DNA of 64,000 nucleotides from Clostridia bacterium (lineage in GTDB: Bacteria; Bacillota; Clostridia; TANB77; CAG-508), in NCBI GenBank assembly GCA_045593405.1, contig JAZNWN010000023.1, positions 38,662 to 102,661 of the forward strand. Reading direction: 5' to 3'. The notes beneath the pieces were generated by a model. The model ran no database searches. It saw only the letters and a list, made by a program, of their open reading frames with translations, and was not told the origin of the DNA. How positions within the stretch are numbered: the first letter of the stretch is position 1; every line of letters begins with the position of its first letter. The translations under genes and the position numbers were made by a program. Shown in pieces: positions 8,908 to 19,530 of this stretch.

Positions 8908-10446
8908 ATGATAATAGCAATAGTAGTCACCTTTCTTATCTCAGCAGCTGTATGTATTCCAGCAGGAGTAACAATTAGAAAAAGAACAGCTGAATCTAAA
9001 ATAAAAGGAGCAGAAAGCGAAGCGTCTAGAATTTTAGAAAACGCAAAAAAAGAAGCTGAAAATGCAAAAAAAGAAGAACTTTTAAAAGCAAAGGAAGAAA
9101 TATTACAAATAAGAAATGATTTAGATGAAGAGATAAAAGAAAGAAGAGGCGAAATACAATTACAAGAAAAAAGAAATTTCCAGAAAGAAGAGAACTTAGA
9201 AAGAAGAGCAGAAAGTTTTGAACGTAGAGAGAAAGATTTAGAAAGAACAATGCAAGAGGTAGAAAAAAAGAGAAAGAATTTAGATGAATTATATAATAAC
9301 CAAATGCAAGAATTACAAAGAATTTCTGGTTTGTCAACAGATGAGGCAAAAAGAGTTTTATTAGAAAAATTAGACTCTAGATTGACAGATGAAAAAGCAG
9401 TATTAATTAAAGAAGCAGAAAAACAAGTAAAAGAAACTGCAAACAAAAAAGCTAAAGAAATTTTAGGTTATACTATTCAAAAATGTGCAGCGGACCACAC
9501 TTCTGAAACAACAGTATCAGTAGTGTCACTTCCAAATGACGATATGAAGGGTAGAATAATAGGAAGAGAAGGAAGAAATATCAAAACATTAGAAACATTA
9601 ACAGGGATAGACTTAATAATTGATGATACTCCAGAAGCAGTTATTTTATCAGGGTTTGACCCATTAAGAAGAGAAGTTGCAAGAATAGCACTTGAAAAAC
9701 TTATTGAAGATGGAAGAATTCATCCAGCCAAAATAGAAGAAATGGTTGAAAAGGCTAAGGAAGAAGTAGAAGAAATCATCAAAGAAGAAGGAGAGAGAGC
9801 AGTTCTTGAAACAGGAGTTCATGGATTACATTCAGATTTAGTTAGATTAATAGGAAAACTAAAATATAGAACAAGTTATGGACAAAATGTTTTAAACCAT
9901 TCTATAGAAGTATCAAACTTAGCAAGAATAATGGCTGAAGAATTAGGATTAGATCCTAAAATTGCTCGTAGAGCTGGATTATTACACGATATTGGAAAAG
10001 CACTAGACCATGATATGGAAGGAACACACGTAGAAATAGGAGTTGACGTTCTTAAAAAATATAAAGAGAACGAATTAGTTATAAATGCAGTAAATGCACA
10101 TCATGGTGATGTAGAACCAAAAACAATAGAAGCTGTGTTAATACAAGCAGCAGATGCAATATCAGCATCAAGACCTGGTGCAAGAAGAGAAACATTAGAA
10201 GCTTATATTAAGAGATTAGAAAAACTAGAAGAAATTGCAGACTCATTTGAAGGTGTTGATAAATCTTATGCAGTACAAGCTGGTCGTGAAATAAGACTAG
10301 TAGTAAAACCTGAAAAGATTTCTGATAGCGAAATGATAGTGCTAGCAAGAGATGTAGCACAAAGAGTAGAAACTGAAATGGAATATCCAGGACAAATAAA
10401 AGTAAATGTAATAAGAGAAACAAGAGCAATAGACTATGCAAAATAA
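8908..10446 (+). CDS. rny: Ribonuclease Y
   Basis: TM anchor, coiled coil, KH ([11 protein letters not shown]), HD (LLHDIGK), C-terminal ASRPGARRE. Confidence 0.97.
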   Translation: MIIAIVVTFLISAAVCIPAGVTIRKRTAESKIKGAESEASRILENAKKEAENAKKEELLKAKEEILQIRNDLDEEIKERRGEIQLQEKRNFQKEENLERRAESFERREKDLERTMQEVEKKRKNLDELYNNQMQELQRISGLSTDEAKRVLLEKLDSRLTDEKAVLIKEAEKQVKETANKKAKEILGYTIQKCAADHTSETTVSVVSLPNDDMKGRIIGREGRNIKTLETLTGIDLIIDDTPEAVILSGFDPLRREVARIALEKLIEDGRIHPAKIEEMVEKAKEEVEEIIKEEGERAVLETGVHGLHSDLVRLIGKLKYRTSYGQNVLNHSIEVSNLARIMAEELGLDPKIARRAGLLHDIGKALDHDMEGTHVEIGVDVLKKYKENELVINAVNAHHGDVEPKTIEAVLIQAADAISASRPGARRETLEAYIKRLEKLEEIADSFEGVDKSYAVQAGREIRLVVKPEKISDSEMIVLARDVAQRVETEMEYPGQIKVNVIRETRAIDYAK

Positions 10447-10450
10447 AAAC

Positions 10451-10483
10451 AAAACTCCCAAGTAATAAAACTTGGGAGTTTTT
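10451..10483 (+). terminator. rny terminator
   Basis: aaaactcccaag/cttgggagtttt hairpin plus T-tract. Confidence 0.85.
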
Positions 10484-10517
10484 GCTGTATGTAGAAAATT
10501 GAAACTATAGAGAAAAT

Positions 10518-10541
10518 GTAGGGGCGACCATTGGTCGTCCG
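10518..10541 (+). repeat. GTAG-type REP hairpin
   Basis: gtaggggcgaccattggtcgtccg. Confidence 0.7.
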
Positions 10542-10618
10542 TGCTTACATAGACTTGCTAAATAATAAAAAACATGATAAAATAAACAAGTATTATAAAT
10601 TTATTGGAGGGAAATGAA

Positions 10619-10870
10619 ATGCAAAAAGTATTTCAAAAAATTAGACGGTATTTGCTGGGGTTAATAAATTTCTTTATAATTACAGAAGTTGCCGCAGTAC
10701 TTGTCTATTTTGTTTTAAAAGCAATTGGTAATGTAGTAAGTTTGTCTGATTTGCTTTTGGAGGCTGCAATTTATTATTGTATAGTTGTGGTTGGTACATC
10801 TCTTATCATGATTTTGGTTAAGGTTGGTATGATTATTTATATCAAGCTTAAACAGTTGATAAGAAAATAA
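10619..10870 (+). CDS. Orphan small membrane protein
   Basis: Two hydrophobic helices, GGAGG RBS, own promoter, flanked by REPs. Confidence 0.6.
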   Translation: MQKVFQKIRRYLLGLINFFIITEVAAVLVYFVLKAIGNVVSLSDLLLEAAIYYCIVVVGTSLIMILVKVGMIIYIKLKQLIRK

Positions 10871-10945
10871 CCCTCAAAAAAGAGAATAGTTCTATTATAG
10901 GATTTATTCTCTTTTTTATATTTGGATTTATTATAATAAATTATT

Positions 10946-10972
10946 GTCGAGGTCGCACTCCTGGGCGACCCG
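10946..10972 (+). repeat. REP-like hairpin
   Basis: gtcgaggtcgcactcctgggcgacccg, similar to the copies at 15638 and 15691. Confidence 0.6.
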
Positions 10973-11173
10973 AAATAATCGAATAATGTCGATGAAAAGA
11001 AGTGGACAATATTAGCAAAATATGGTATAACAAAATTGGTAAGAAAATCTTTGCTTACCAGTTCTAAAATTAAAATTTTTATCAAAAAATTCAAATGCTT
11101 AAAATCTTAAGCAAAAAATCCAAAATAAAATAAGAATAATATCACATAATTTTGAAAAAATAGTATAATAATA

Positions 11174-11202
11174 TTGACAGGTGTAATACAATGTAGTACA
11201 AT
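11174..11202 (+). promoter_or_regulatory. TA operon sigmaA promoter with tandem palindromic operators
   Basis: TTGACA-17-TACAAT; tgtaataca (11182) and tgtagtaca (11192) lie in the spacer and -10. Confidence 0.7.
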
Positions 11203-11226
11203 GATTATTGTGAGGAGTTGATATAT

Positions 11227-11445
11227 ATGACTATTTCAGTAAGATTAAGTGACAGAGATACTGAACTAATAAAAGCATATGCAGATATAAATAATATCTC
11301 TTTATCTGATTTAATAAGGAGTGCAGTATTGGAAAAAATAGAAAATGAATATGACTTAGAAAGCTATAATAAAGCAATTGAAGAATATAAGAATAATCCT
11401 AAAACATATACTTTAAAAGAAGTAAAAGAGGAGTTGGGACTATAG
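11227..11445 (+). CDS. RelB/DUF6290-like RHH antitoxin
   Basis: TISVRLS..ELIKAYA..SLSDLIRSAVLEKIENEYDL; overlaps the toxin start. Confidence 0.85.
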   Translation: MTISVRLSDRDTELIKAYADINNISLSDLIRSAVLEKIENEYDLESYNKAIEEYKNNPKTYTLKEVKEELGL

Positions 11446-11715
11446 TGCAATATAGAATTGTATTTACAGAAAGAGCAAAAAAACAAATAAAGAAATTAGA
11501 TAAACATATATCATCTTTAATAATAGGATGGCTAGAAAAAAATATTGAAGGATGTGAAAACCCAAGACAACACCGGAAAAGGTTTGATAGAAAATAAATC
11601 AGGAGAATGGAGATATAGAATTGGAGATTATAGAGTGATATGTGAAATACAAGATGAAAAAATTATAGTGCTAGTTCTAGAAATTGGCCACAGAAGAAAT
11701 ATATATGATAAATAG
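11445..11715 (+). CDS. RelE/ParE family toxin, +1 shift at CGG 11574
   Basis: GTG 11445 ...NPRQH, then (skipping C11574) GKGLIENKSGEWRYRIGDYRVI...IGHRRNIY; absent from the ORF track because it is split. Confidence 0.85.
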
Positions 11716-11900
11716 AACAAAAAAGAGGAAGATATATTAATAAGTATCTACCTTTTTTTTATATTAAAATCTATCATAATAAATTATTTTAGAGGTCGGT
11801 CTTGACCGACCTCTAAAAATGAAAAAATAAAAATATTTTCGAAAAACACCAAAAACGAAAAAACTATTTTTAAAAAAATGCAATTTTTTATAAAAAAGTA

Positions 11901-11932
11901 TTGACTAAAAAAATGATTATATATATAATCAT
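11901..11932 (+). promoter_or_regulatory. nrdD promoter with a 20-bp palindrome over the -10
   Basis: TTGACT-17-TATAAT; atgattatatatataatcat (11913-11932) is a perfect palindrome. Confidence 0.6.
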
Positions 11933-11969
11933 CCTACAAAAGAAAAAGTAAAAAATGGAGGTAAAAAAT

Positions 11970-14327
11970 ATGCAAGATAATTTGGATAAAAATATTAATA
12001 TATCAGTTGTAAAAAGAGACGGGAAGAAGGTTTCGTTCGATGGAAGTAAGATTGCACTTGCAATAAAAAAAGGATTTGATAGTGTTTATACTGAGGACGA
12101 AGAAACACATAAATATATTGAAAAAGATATTTATAAAATTTATAACAAAGTTATCGAAAAAATCGAAAAATCAGAAAAAGAAAAAATCAAAATTGAAGAA
12201 ATTCAGGACTTAATTGAAGAACAATTAAAAGCTAATGGTTATGATGATGTATATGAATCATTCAAAGCATATAGAGAAAGAAGAAATCAATCAAGACAAT
12301 TATTTTTTGATGAGAAGAAACAACATAAATTCTTAAAAGCACTAGAAAATTTAGGATTAAAATCTGCACATGAAGAAGATGCAAAAAGAGAAAATGCAAA
12401 TATTGATGGGGATACTGCAATGGGAACAATGCTTCAATATGGTAGCACAGTTTCAAAAGAATTCTCAAAATCTTATTTAATGAAAAGAAAATTTGCGGAC
12501 GCACATGATAGTGGAGATATTCATATTCACGACATGGACTTCATGCCAATGGGAACAACAACATGTTGCCAAATAGATTTAAATAAATTATATACAGATG
12601 GATTTTCAACTGGACATGGCTTTTTAAGAGAACCAAACGATATAATGTCATATTCAGCACTTGCAGCAATTGCAATTCAATCTAACCAAAATGACCAACA
12701 CGGTGGACAAAGTATTCCTGCATTTGACTATTATATGGCACCTGGGGTTTTAAAAACATTTAAAAAACAATTTAAACAAACTGTATATGACTTTTTAGAA
12801 TTAACAGATTATATAAAATTTATTGCAATTAATGGTATAACAAGAGAAATAGATAAATTAACAAGTATAGAATTTGATATATCTATTTTTGATGCATACT
12901 GTAGAGATGCTGAAGGTTTAAAAAGAATGTTTAGATTATCTTATGAGAAAGCATTGGAAAAAACAAACAGAATTACATACCAAGCAATGGAAGCATTTAT
13001 TCATAACCTAAATACAATGCATTCAAGAGCAGGAGCTCAAGTTCCATTTTCATCTGTAAACTTTGGAACAGATACAAGCCCTGAAGGAAGAATGGTTATT
13101 AAAAACTTTTTACTTGCAACTGAAGAAGGTTTAGGAAAAGGGGAAACACCAATATTCCCAATTTCAATCTTCAAAATAAAAGAAGGAATAAACTATAATC
13201 CAGAAGATAAAAACTATGACTTATTTAAACTTGCTTGTAAAGTTTCTGCTAAAAGATTATTCCCTAACTTCTCATTTATAGATGCACCGTTTAATATAGA
13301 ACTTTATAATCCAGAAGATTATAACACGGAAGTTGCATATATGGGATGTAGAACAAGAGTACTTGGAAATCATGTAGACCCAAATAAAGCAGTAACAGCA
13401 GGAAGAGGAAATTTATCTTTTACATCAGTTAACTTACCTAGACTTGGAATTAAACACGGTCTTGTGAATGGTGAAAAAGCTGATATGGAAGGTTTCTATA
13501 AAGAATTAGAGGAAAAACTAGAATTAGTAAGAGATCAATTATTAGAAAGATTTGAAATACAATGTAATAAAAGAATCTATAACTTCCCATTCTTATTAGG
13601 ACAAGGGGTTTGGTTAGATAGTGAAAAACTAAAACCAGGAGACAAGCTTCGTAAAGTTTATAAACATGGAACACTATCTATAGGATTTATTGGTTTAGCA
13701 GAATGTTTAAAAGCACTAACAGGTAAACACCATGGAGAAAGCGAAGACTCACAAAAATTAGGACTTGAAATAATAGGATTTATGAGAAAGAAAATGGATG
13801 AATTTTCTGAAAAATATAATCTAAACTTCACACTTCTTGCAACACCAGCAGAAGGCTTATCTGGAAGATTTACAGCAATGGATAAAGCAATATATGGAAA
13901 ATTAAAAGGAATTACAGATAAAGAATACTATACAAATTCTTTCCATGTACCAGTATATTACAAAACAACAGTAGAACATAAAGTAAAAACAGAAGCACCA
14001 TACCATGCATTTACAAATGCAGGACATATCTCATACATTGAATTAGATGGAGATACAACGGAAAATGTTGAAGCATTTGAAAAAGTAATTAGAATAATGA
14101 AAGAAGCTGGTATTGGTTATGGAGCAGTAAATCACCCAGTTGATAGAGATCCTGTATGTGGATTTACAGGAGTAATTGGAGATACATGTCCAGGATGCGG
14201 AAGACATGAAGATGATGTTAAATTTGAAAGAATAAGAAGAATAACAGGATATTTAGTAGGAACATTAGATAGATTTAACAATGGTAAAAAATGTGAAGAA
14301 AGGGATAGGGTTAAACACAAAATATAA
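11970..14327 (+). CDS. nrdD: Anaerobic ribonucleoside-triphosphate reductase
   Basis: ATP cone (VVKRDG), HIHD, MGCRT, TPAEGL, YTNSFH, RITGYL glycyl-radical motif. Confidence 0.97.
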   Translation: MQDNLDKNINISVVKRDGKKVSFDGSKIALAIKKGFDSVYTEDEETHKYIEKDIYKIYNKVIEKIEKSEKEKIKIEEIQDLIEEQLKANGYDDVYESFKAYRERRNQSRQLFFDEKKQHKFLKALENLGLKSAHEEDAKRENANIDGDTAMGTMLQYGSTVSKEFSKSYLMKRKFADAHDSGDIHIHDMDFMPMGTTTCCQIDLNKLYTDGFSTGHGFLREPNDIMSYSALAAIAIQSNQNDQHGGQSIPAFDYYMAPGVLKTFKKQFKQTVYDFLELTDYIKFIAINGITREIDKLTSIEFDISIFDAYCRDAEGLKRMFRLSYEKALEKTNRITYQAMEAFIHNLNTMHSRAGAQVPFSSVNFGTDTSPEGRMVIKNFLLATEEGLGKGETPIFPISIFKIKEGINYNPEDKNYDLFKLACKVSAKRLFPNFSFIDAPFNIELYNPEDYNTEVAYMGCRTRVLGNHVDPNKAVTAGRGNLSFTSVNLPRLGIKHGLVNGEKADMEGFYKELEEKLELVRDQLLERFEIQCNKRIYNFPFLLGQGVWLDSEKLKPGDKLRKVYKHGTLSIGFIGLAECLKALTGKHHGESEDSQKLGLEIIGFMRKKMDEFSEKYNLNFTLLATPAEGLSGRFTAMDKAIYGKLKGITDKEYYTNSFHVPVYYKTTVEHKVKTEAPYHAFTNAGHISYIELDGDTTENVEAFEKVIRIMKEAGIGYGAVNHPVDRDPVCGFTGVIGDTCPGCGRHEDDVKFERIRRITGYLVGTLDRFNNGKKCEERDRVKHKI

Positions 14328-14899
14328 TGAAAATAAGATTAGCAGCAGATATTCAAACAGATAGCATAGTAGATGGAGAAGGAATAAGAACTGTAATATG
14401 GACACAAGGATGTAAACATAATTGCAAGGGGTGCCACAATCCAGAAACACATAGTTTTGAAAAAGGATTTTTAGTAGATACTGAGGATTTGAAAAAACAA
14501 ATCCTCTCTGTAAAAAATCAAGATGGTGTGACTTTATCTGGAGGAGATCCAATGTTCCAGCCAGAAGCATCTGCTGAAATAGCAAAATTCTGCCAAGAAA
14601 ATGGTTTAAATGTATGGTGTTATACAGGATTTACTTTTGAAAATCTACTAAAAACATCTGAAACAAATTCTAATATAAAAATGTTATTAGAAAATATAGA
14701 TGTATTAGTAGATGGTAAATTTGTACTAGAAGAAAGAAGTTTAAACTTATATTTTAAAGGTTCAAAAAATCAAAGAATATTAGATATGAAAGAATCTTTA
14801 AAACAGCAAAAAGCAGTAGAAATAGAAAAGTATAAAGGTGAACGTACATTTGAACCATATAATAATACAAAAAATGAAATTAAAGGAATATTTATTTGA
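14327..14899 (+). CDS. nrdG: Anaerobic RNR activating enzyme
   Basis: DSIVDGEGIR, GCKHNCKGCHN, SGGDP; follows nrdD. Confidence 0.95.
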   Translation: MKIRLAADIQTDSIVDGEGIRTVIWTQGCKHNCKGCHNPETHSFEKGFLVDTEDLKKQILSVKNQDGVTLSGGDPMFQPEASAEIAKFCQENGLNVWCYTGFTFENLLKTSETNSNIKMLLENIDVLVDGKFVLEERSLNLYFKGSKNQRILDMKESLKQQKAVEIEKYKGERTFEPYNNTKNEIKGIFI

Positions 14900-14902
14900 T
14901 TT

Positions 14903-14960
14903 GTAGGGGCGCATGATTGCGCCCTTAAAAAATGTAGGGCAGGGTTCCACCTCTGCCCGC
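14903..14960 (+). repeat. Two tandem GTAG REP hairpins
   Basis: gtaggggcgcatgattgcgccc and gtagggcagggttccacctctgcccgc. Confidence 0.7.
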
Positions 14961-15008
14961 AAAAAGTTTAAGAGGCTTGAACAATTAAGTTCAAGCCTCT
15001 GTTTAGAG

Positions 15009-15530
15009 TTAGCTTTCTTCTTCATAAATTCGACAAACATAATCATTTGCATGGATTTCATATGCGTTGGCATCAATATCGTTGCAGTCCAAAATTCCAT
15101 CTACATCAATAGCATAACTGTCAATACTCCAGACAATAAAATCACCGAGAACGTTAACATCACAAACATTAACATTACTACCTATAGCAATAAAATTTCC
15201 TTGGATATTTGCGTCACAAATAGAATCTACATTACCCTCAACGATGAAATCTCCAGCAACGGTTACATTACCAGCGTCAATATCGCCACCCACATAGAAG
15301 TGACCAGCAACACATATATCAACAGAAAGATATTTTTCAGATATATTTCCACTGACATAAAGATTTCCAGGAACATTCAAATCTTCCTTGAGAACTAGGT
15401 CTCCAATGTAAAATACATCGAATTCTTCAGGAAGCGTATGTTTCCAACTTTCGCTGATTACTTGCCGTTCTTCCTCGGTCATTTCTTCCCAAGGCTTTTT
15501 CCGAGCTAATGGTTCATTTTGCCGTTCCAT
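15009..15530 (-). CDS. Orphan beta-helix (bactofilin-like) repeat protein
   Basis: Repeated GNLYVSGNI / GHFYVGGDI / GDFIVEGNV / GNFIAIGS units; GGAGG RBS. Confidence 0.6.
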   Translation of the reverse strand: MERQNEPLARKKPWEEMTEEERQVISESWKHTLPEEFDVFYIGDLVLKEDLNVPGNLYVSGNISEKYLSVDICVAGHFYVGGDIDAGNVTVAGDFIVEGNVDSICDANIQGNFIAIGSNVNVCDVNVLGDFIVWSIDSYAIDVDGILDCNDIDANAYEIHANDYVCRIYEEES

Positions 15531-15637
15531 TAAGAAATACCTCCAAAATATAAGATTTTTCTCTTTCGAGAAATCTAAAATATTATATCACAAGTCTACA
15601 TAATTTGCAAGAAAAGATATAATTTGATGTAAACATT

Positions 15638-15717
15638 ACAGGGGTCGCACCCTTCGGCGCCCCGAAATATTTAAATATATAATCTATTTGCGGGTCGCCC
15701 TGGGGTGCGACCCCTAC
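15638..15717. repeat. Inverted REP doublet (REPIN-like)
   Basis: caggggtcgcacccttcggcgccccg and, on the minus strand, gtaggggtcgcaccccagggcgacccg. Confidence 0.7.
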
Positions 15718-15831
15718 GGTATAACAATAAAATAAAAAATCGTTTTTCAAAATCCTTGCATATATATAAAAATTGTTATAAAATACACTAATGGCTAACA
15801 ACTGTAATATGATAATTCGAAGGGAGAAAAT

Positions 15832-17562
15832 ATGATAAAAACACTTGCAAAATCAATTAGAGAATATAAAAAGCAAACAATTCTTACACCAATTTTTGTT
15901 GCACTAGAGGTAGTTATGGAGATTCTGATTCCATTTGTAATGGCAAAATTGGTTGACTATGGAATATATGGAAATAATATGCCAATGATATACAAATTAG
16001 GCCTATTATTAATTTTATTAGTTATAGGCTCATTAACATTTGGTGTACTTGCAGGAAAGTTTGCAGCAAAAGCTTCAACAGGGTTTGCTAAAAACTTAAG
16101 ACAAGATATGTACTATAAAGTACAAGACTATTCATTTGAAAATATTGATAAATTTTCAACATCAAGTATAATAACAAGAATGACAACAGATGTAACCAAT
16201 GTTCAACAAGCATTTCAAATGCTTACAAGAATTACATTTAGAGCACCATTAACATTAATATTTTCAATAATAATGTCAGTTGCAATAAATGCTAAATTAT
16301 CTTTAGTATTTTTAGCATTAGTACCTTTTCTTGCAGTAGGATTATATTTTATAGCAACACATGCACATCCAATATTTGAAAAAGTATTTAAAACATACGA
16401 TAAATTAAATAATGTAGTACAAGAAAATGTAAGAGGAATTAGAGTTGTAAAATCTTATGTTTTAGAAGAAGAAGAGAAAGAAAAGTTTGGTAATGTTTCT
16501 AAAAGAATATATGAACTTTTTACTAAAGCAGAAAAATTAATTGCATATAATTCACCATTAATGCAAATTGTAACATATACAGGGATGCTATTAATTTCAT
16601 GGTTTGGAGCAAAATTAATTGTAGGAATAGGAGAACTAACTACAGGTCAATTAATGAGTTTAATTACATATTCAATGCAAATTCTTACAAGTCTAATGAT
16701 GATTTCGGTTGTACTTGTAATGCTTACAATATCTGCATCATCAGCTGAAAGAATAGTAGAAATATTAAAAGAAGAACCAGCACTTAAAAATAGAGAAAAT
16801 CCAATAATGAAAGTTAAAGATGGTTCAATTGAATTTGAAGATGTAAACTTTAGTTATGTTGGAGATAAAGATAAAACATGTTTAAAAGATATAAATATTA
16901 AAATTGAATCTGGTGAAACAGTAGGAATTATAGGTGGGACGGGAAGTTCTAAAACTACACTTATTCAACTTATACCAAGGCTGTATGATACAACAGTAGG
17001 GAAAGTTTTAGTTGGTGGAGTTGATGTAAGAGATTATGATATAGAAACTTTAAGAAATGAAGTTGCAATAGTTCTTCAAAAAAATGTCCTATTTTCGGGA
17101 ACTATAAAAGAAAACCTATGTTGGGGAAATAAAGAAGCAACAGACGAAGAAATGATAAGAGTTTGTAAGCTAGCCCAAGCAGATGGATTTATAAATGAAT
17201 TTCCTAAGAAATATGATACTTATATAGAGCAAGGTGGAACTAATGTATCTGGAGGGCAAAAACAACGTTTGTGTATTGCGAGAGCACTACTTAAAAAACC
17301 TAAAATATTAATTTTAGATGATTCAACAAGTGCAGTAGATACAAAAACAGATAAGTTAATTAGAAAAGCTCTTAAAGAAGAAATTCCAAACACAACTAAA
17401 ATAATTATTGCACAAAGAATAGATTCTGTAAAAGATGCAGATAAAATAATTGTTTTAGACAATGGTAAAATAAACGGAATAGGAACACATAATGAATTAA
17501 TGAAAACAAACGAAATATACAAAGAAGTATACACATCTCAAAGAAAAGGAGATGATGAATAA
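15832..17562 (+). CDS. Heterodimeric ABC exporter subunit (TMD+NBD)
   Basis: Six TM helices, degenerate Walker A GGTGSSKT, VSGGQKQR, LDDSTSAVD. Confidence 0.93.
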   Translation: MIKTLAKSIREYKKQTILTPIFVALEVVMEILIPFVMAKLVDYGIYGNNMPMIYKLGLLLILLVIGSLTFGVLAGKFAAKASTGFAKNLRQDMYYKVQDYSFENIDKFSTSSIITRMTTDVTNVQQAFQMLTRITFRAPLTLIFSIIMSVAINAKLSLVFLALVPFLAVGLYFIATHAHPIFEKVFKTYDKLNNVVQENVRGIRVVKSYVLEEEEKEKFGNVSKRIYELFTKAEKLIAYNSPLMQIVTYTGMLLISWFGAKLIVGIGELTTGQLMSLITYSMQILTSLMMISVVLVMLTISASSAERIVEILKEEPALKNRENPIMKVKDGSIEFEDVNFSYVGDKDKTCLKDINIKIESGETVGIIGGTGSSKTTLIQLIPRLYDTTVGKVLVGGVDVRDYDIETLRNEVAIVLQKNVLFSGTIKENLCWGNKEATDEEMIRVCKLAQADGFINEFPKKYDTYIEQGGTNVSGGQKQRLCIARALLKKPKILILDDSTSAVDTKTDKLIRKALKEEIPNTTKIIIAQRIDSVKDADKIIVLDNGKINGIGTHNELMKTNEIYKEVYTSQRKGDDE

Positions 17563-19463
17563 TGGCTATGCCACCGAGAGGACCAAGAAATGTTGGTTAT
17601 ACTAAACAAAAAATAAATAAAGACACCTTAAAAAGATTATTAAAATATATTACAGTAGACTATAAAAAAACACTAATATTTGTAATTATATGTATTGTAT
17701 TAAGTTCAATTGCAAGTGTTGCAGGTTCGCTTTTTATAGAAATTTTAATAGATGATTATATTACACCTTTACTTGGTGTTGAAAATCCAGAATTTACAGG
17801 ACTTTTAAAAGTAATATTTATAATGGCAATAATATATTTGATAGGAATACTTGCGAACTTTTCATATAATAGAAAAATGATAAAAATATCACAAGGTGTA
17901 TTAAAAAAAATTAGGGATGAAATGTTTTCTAAAATGCAACATTTACCAATAAAATATTTCGATACACATACACATGGAGATATAATGAGCCATTACACAA
18001 ACGATACAGATACTCTAAGACAGATGATAGCTCAAAGTGTGCCCAATATAATATCTTCAGTAATTACAATAGTTGCAGTATTTTGTGCAATGGTATATTT
18101 AAATATTTATATGACTATTTTAGTAATAGCGGTTGTAATACTTATGCTATTTATAGTAGCTAAAATAGGAGGAAATGCATCAGAGTATTTTATAAAGCAA
18201 CAACAGTCTATTGCTAAAGAAAATGGTTATATAGAAGAAATGATAAATGGACAAAAGGTAGTAAAAGTATTTTGTCATGAAGAAGAGGCAAAAACAGAAT
18301 TTGATAAAATAAATGATGAGTTATGTGAGGCATCAACAAAAGCAAATACATTTGCAAATATTTTAATGCCAATAATGGGAAATTTAGGACATTTGCAATA
18401 TGTTTTAGTCGCCATGATAGGAGGAACTTTAGCAATAAAAGGAATTGGAGGAGTAACAGTTGGAATAATTGCTTCATTCTTACAATTAAGTAAGAGTTTT
18501 ACAATGCCAATATCACAGGTGTCTCAACAATTAAATTCAATTATAATGGCATTGGCTGGTGCAGAAAGAATATTTAAGCTAATAGATGAAAATCCAGAAC
18601 AAGATGAAGGATATGTAACATTAGTTAATGCAAAATATATTGATGGAGTATTAACAGAAGTTCCGCAAAGAACAGGAACTTGGGCATGGAAACATCCTCA
18701 TAAAGATGGAACATTAACATATGAAGAATTAAAAGGACATGTAGAATTCTTTGATGTAGATTTTGGATATGAACCTGAAAAAATAGTTTTACATGATATT
18801 TCTTTATATGCGAAACCAGGGCAAAAGATAGCATTTGTAGGTGCAACTGGAGCTGGAAAAACAACAATTACAAACTTAATTAATAGATTTTATGATATTG
18901 AAGATGGAAAAATAAGATATGACGGAATAAATATTAATAAAATAAAAAAGGATGATTTAAGACGTTCACTTGGAATAGTTCTTCAAGATACAAACCTTTT
19001 TACAGGAACAATAAAGGATAATATAAAATATGGAAAATTAAATGCAACAGATGAAGAGGTTATAAATGCAGCAAAACTTGCAAATGCACATGACTTTATA
19101 ATGAGACTTCCAAATGGATATGACACAGAGCTTGTATCAAATGGAACAAATCTATCTCAAGGGCAAAGACAATTACTTGCAATTGCAAGAGCAGCAATAT
19201 CAGACCCACCAGTAATGATACTAGACGAAGCAACTTCTAGCATAGATACTCGTACAGAAAAATTAGTTTCAAGTGGAATGGATAAACTAATGGAAGGAAG
19301 AACAGTATTTGTAATAGCACATAGACTATCAACAATACAAAATGCAAAAGCAATAATGGTGTTAGAAGATGGTAGAATAATAGAAAGAGGAGAACACGAT
19401 GAATTAATAAAACAAAAGGGAAGATATTATGAGTTGTACACAGGAGCATTTGAATTAGAATAA
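17562..19463 (+). CDS. Heterodimeric ABC exporter subunit (TMD+NBD)
   Basis: GATGAGKT, LSQGQRQ, LDEATS, IAHRLST. Confidence 0.93.
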   Translation: MAMPPRGPRNVGYTKQKINKDTLKRLLKYITVDYKKTLIFVIICIVLSSIASVAGSLFIEILIDDYITPLLGVENPEFTGLLKVIFIMAIIYLIGILANFSYNRKMIKISQGVLKKIRDEMFSKMQHLPIKYFDTHTHGDIMSHYTNDTDTLRQMIAQSVPNIISSVITIVAVFCAMVYLNIYMTILVIAVVILMLFIVAKIGGNASEYFIKQQQSIAKENGYIEEMINGQKVVKVFCHEEEAKTEFDKINDELCEASTKANTFANILMPIMGNLGHLQYVLVAMIGGTLAIKGIGGVTVGIIASFLQLSKSFTMPISQVSQQLNSIIMALAGAERIFKLIDENPEQDEGYVTLVNAKYIDGVLTEVPQRTGTWAWKHPHKDGTLTYEELKGHVEFFDVDFGYEPEKIVLHDISLYAKPGQKIAFVGATGAGKTTITNLINRFYDIEDGKIRYDGININKIKKDDLRRSLGIVLQDTNLFTGTIKDNIKYGKLNATDEEVINAAKLANAHDFIMRLPNGYDTELVSNGTNLSQGQRQLLAIARAAISDPPVMILDEATSSIDTRTEKLVSSGMDKLMEGRTVFVIAHRLSTIQNAKAIMVLEDGRIIERGEHDELIKQKGRYYELYTGAFELE

Positions 19464-19497
19464 AAACTTTGAAAATGATGTTTGATTGATAAATAAA

Positions 19498-19529
19498 AAT
19501 GTAGGGACGTATGATTATGTCCCTACATT
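19498..19529. repeat. REP hairpin / bidirectional terminator between convergent genes
   Basis: aatgtagggac-gtatgattat-gtccctacatt. Confidence 0.7.
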
Positions 19530-19530
19530 T

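Noticed and set aside
6949-11577. Homopolymer sequencing error as the general cause of the frameshifts
   Set aside because: Only the 6952 and 11574 sites follow a C; the other six follow A, T or G. A different systematic artefact is still not excluded.
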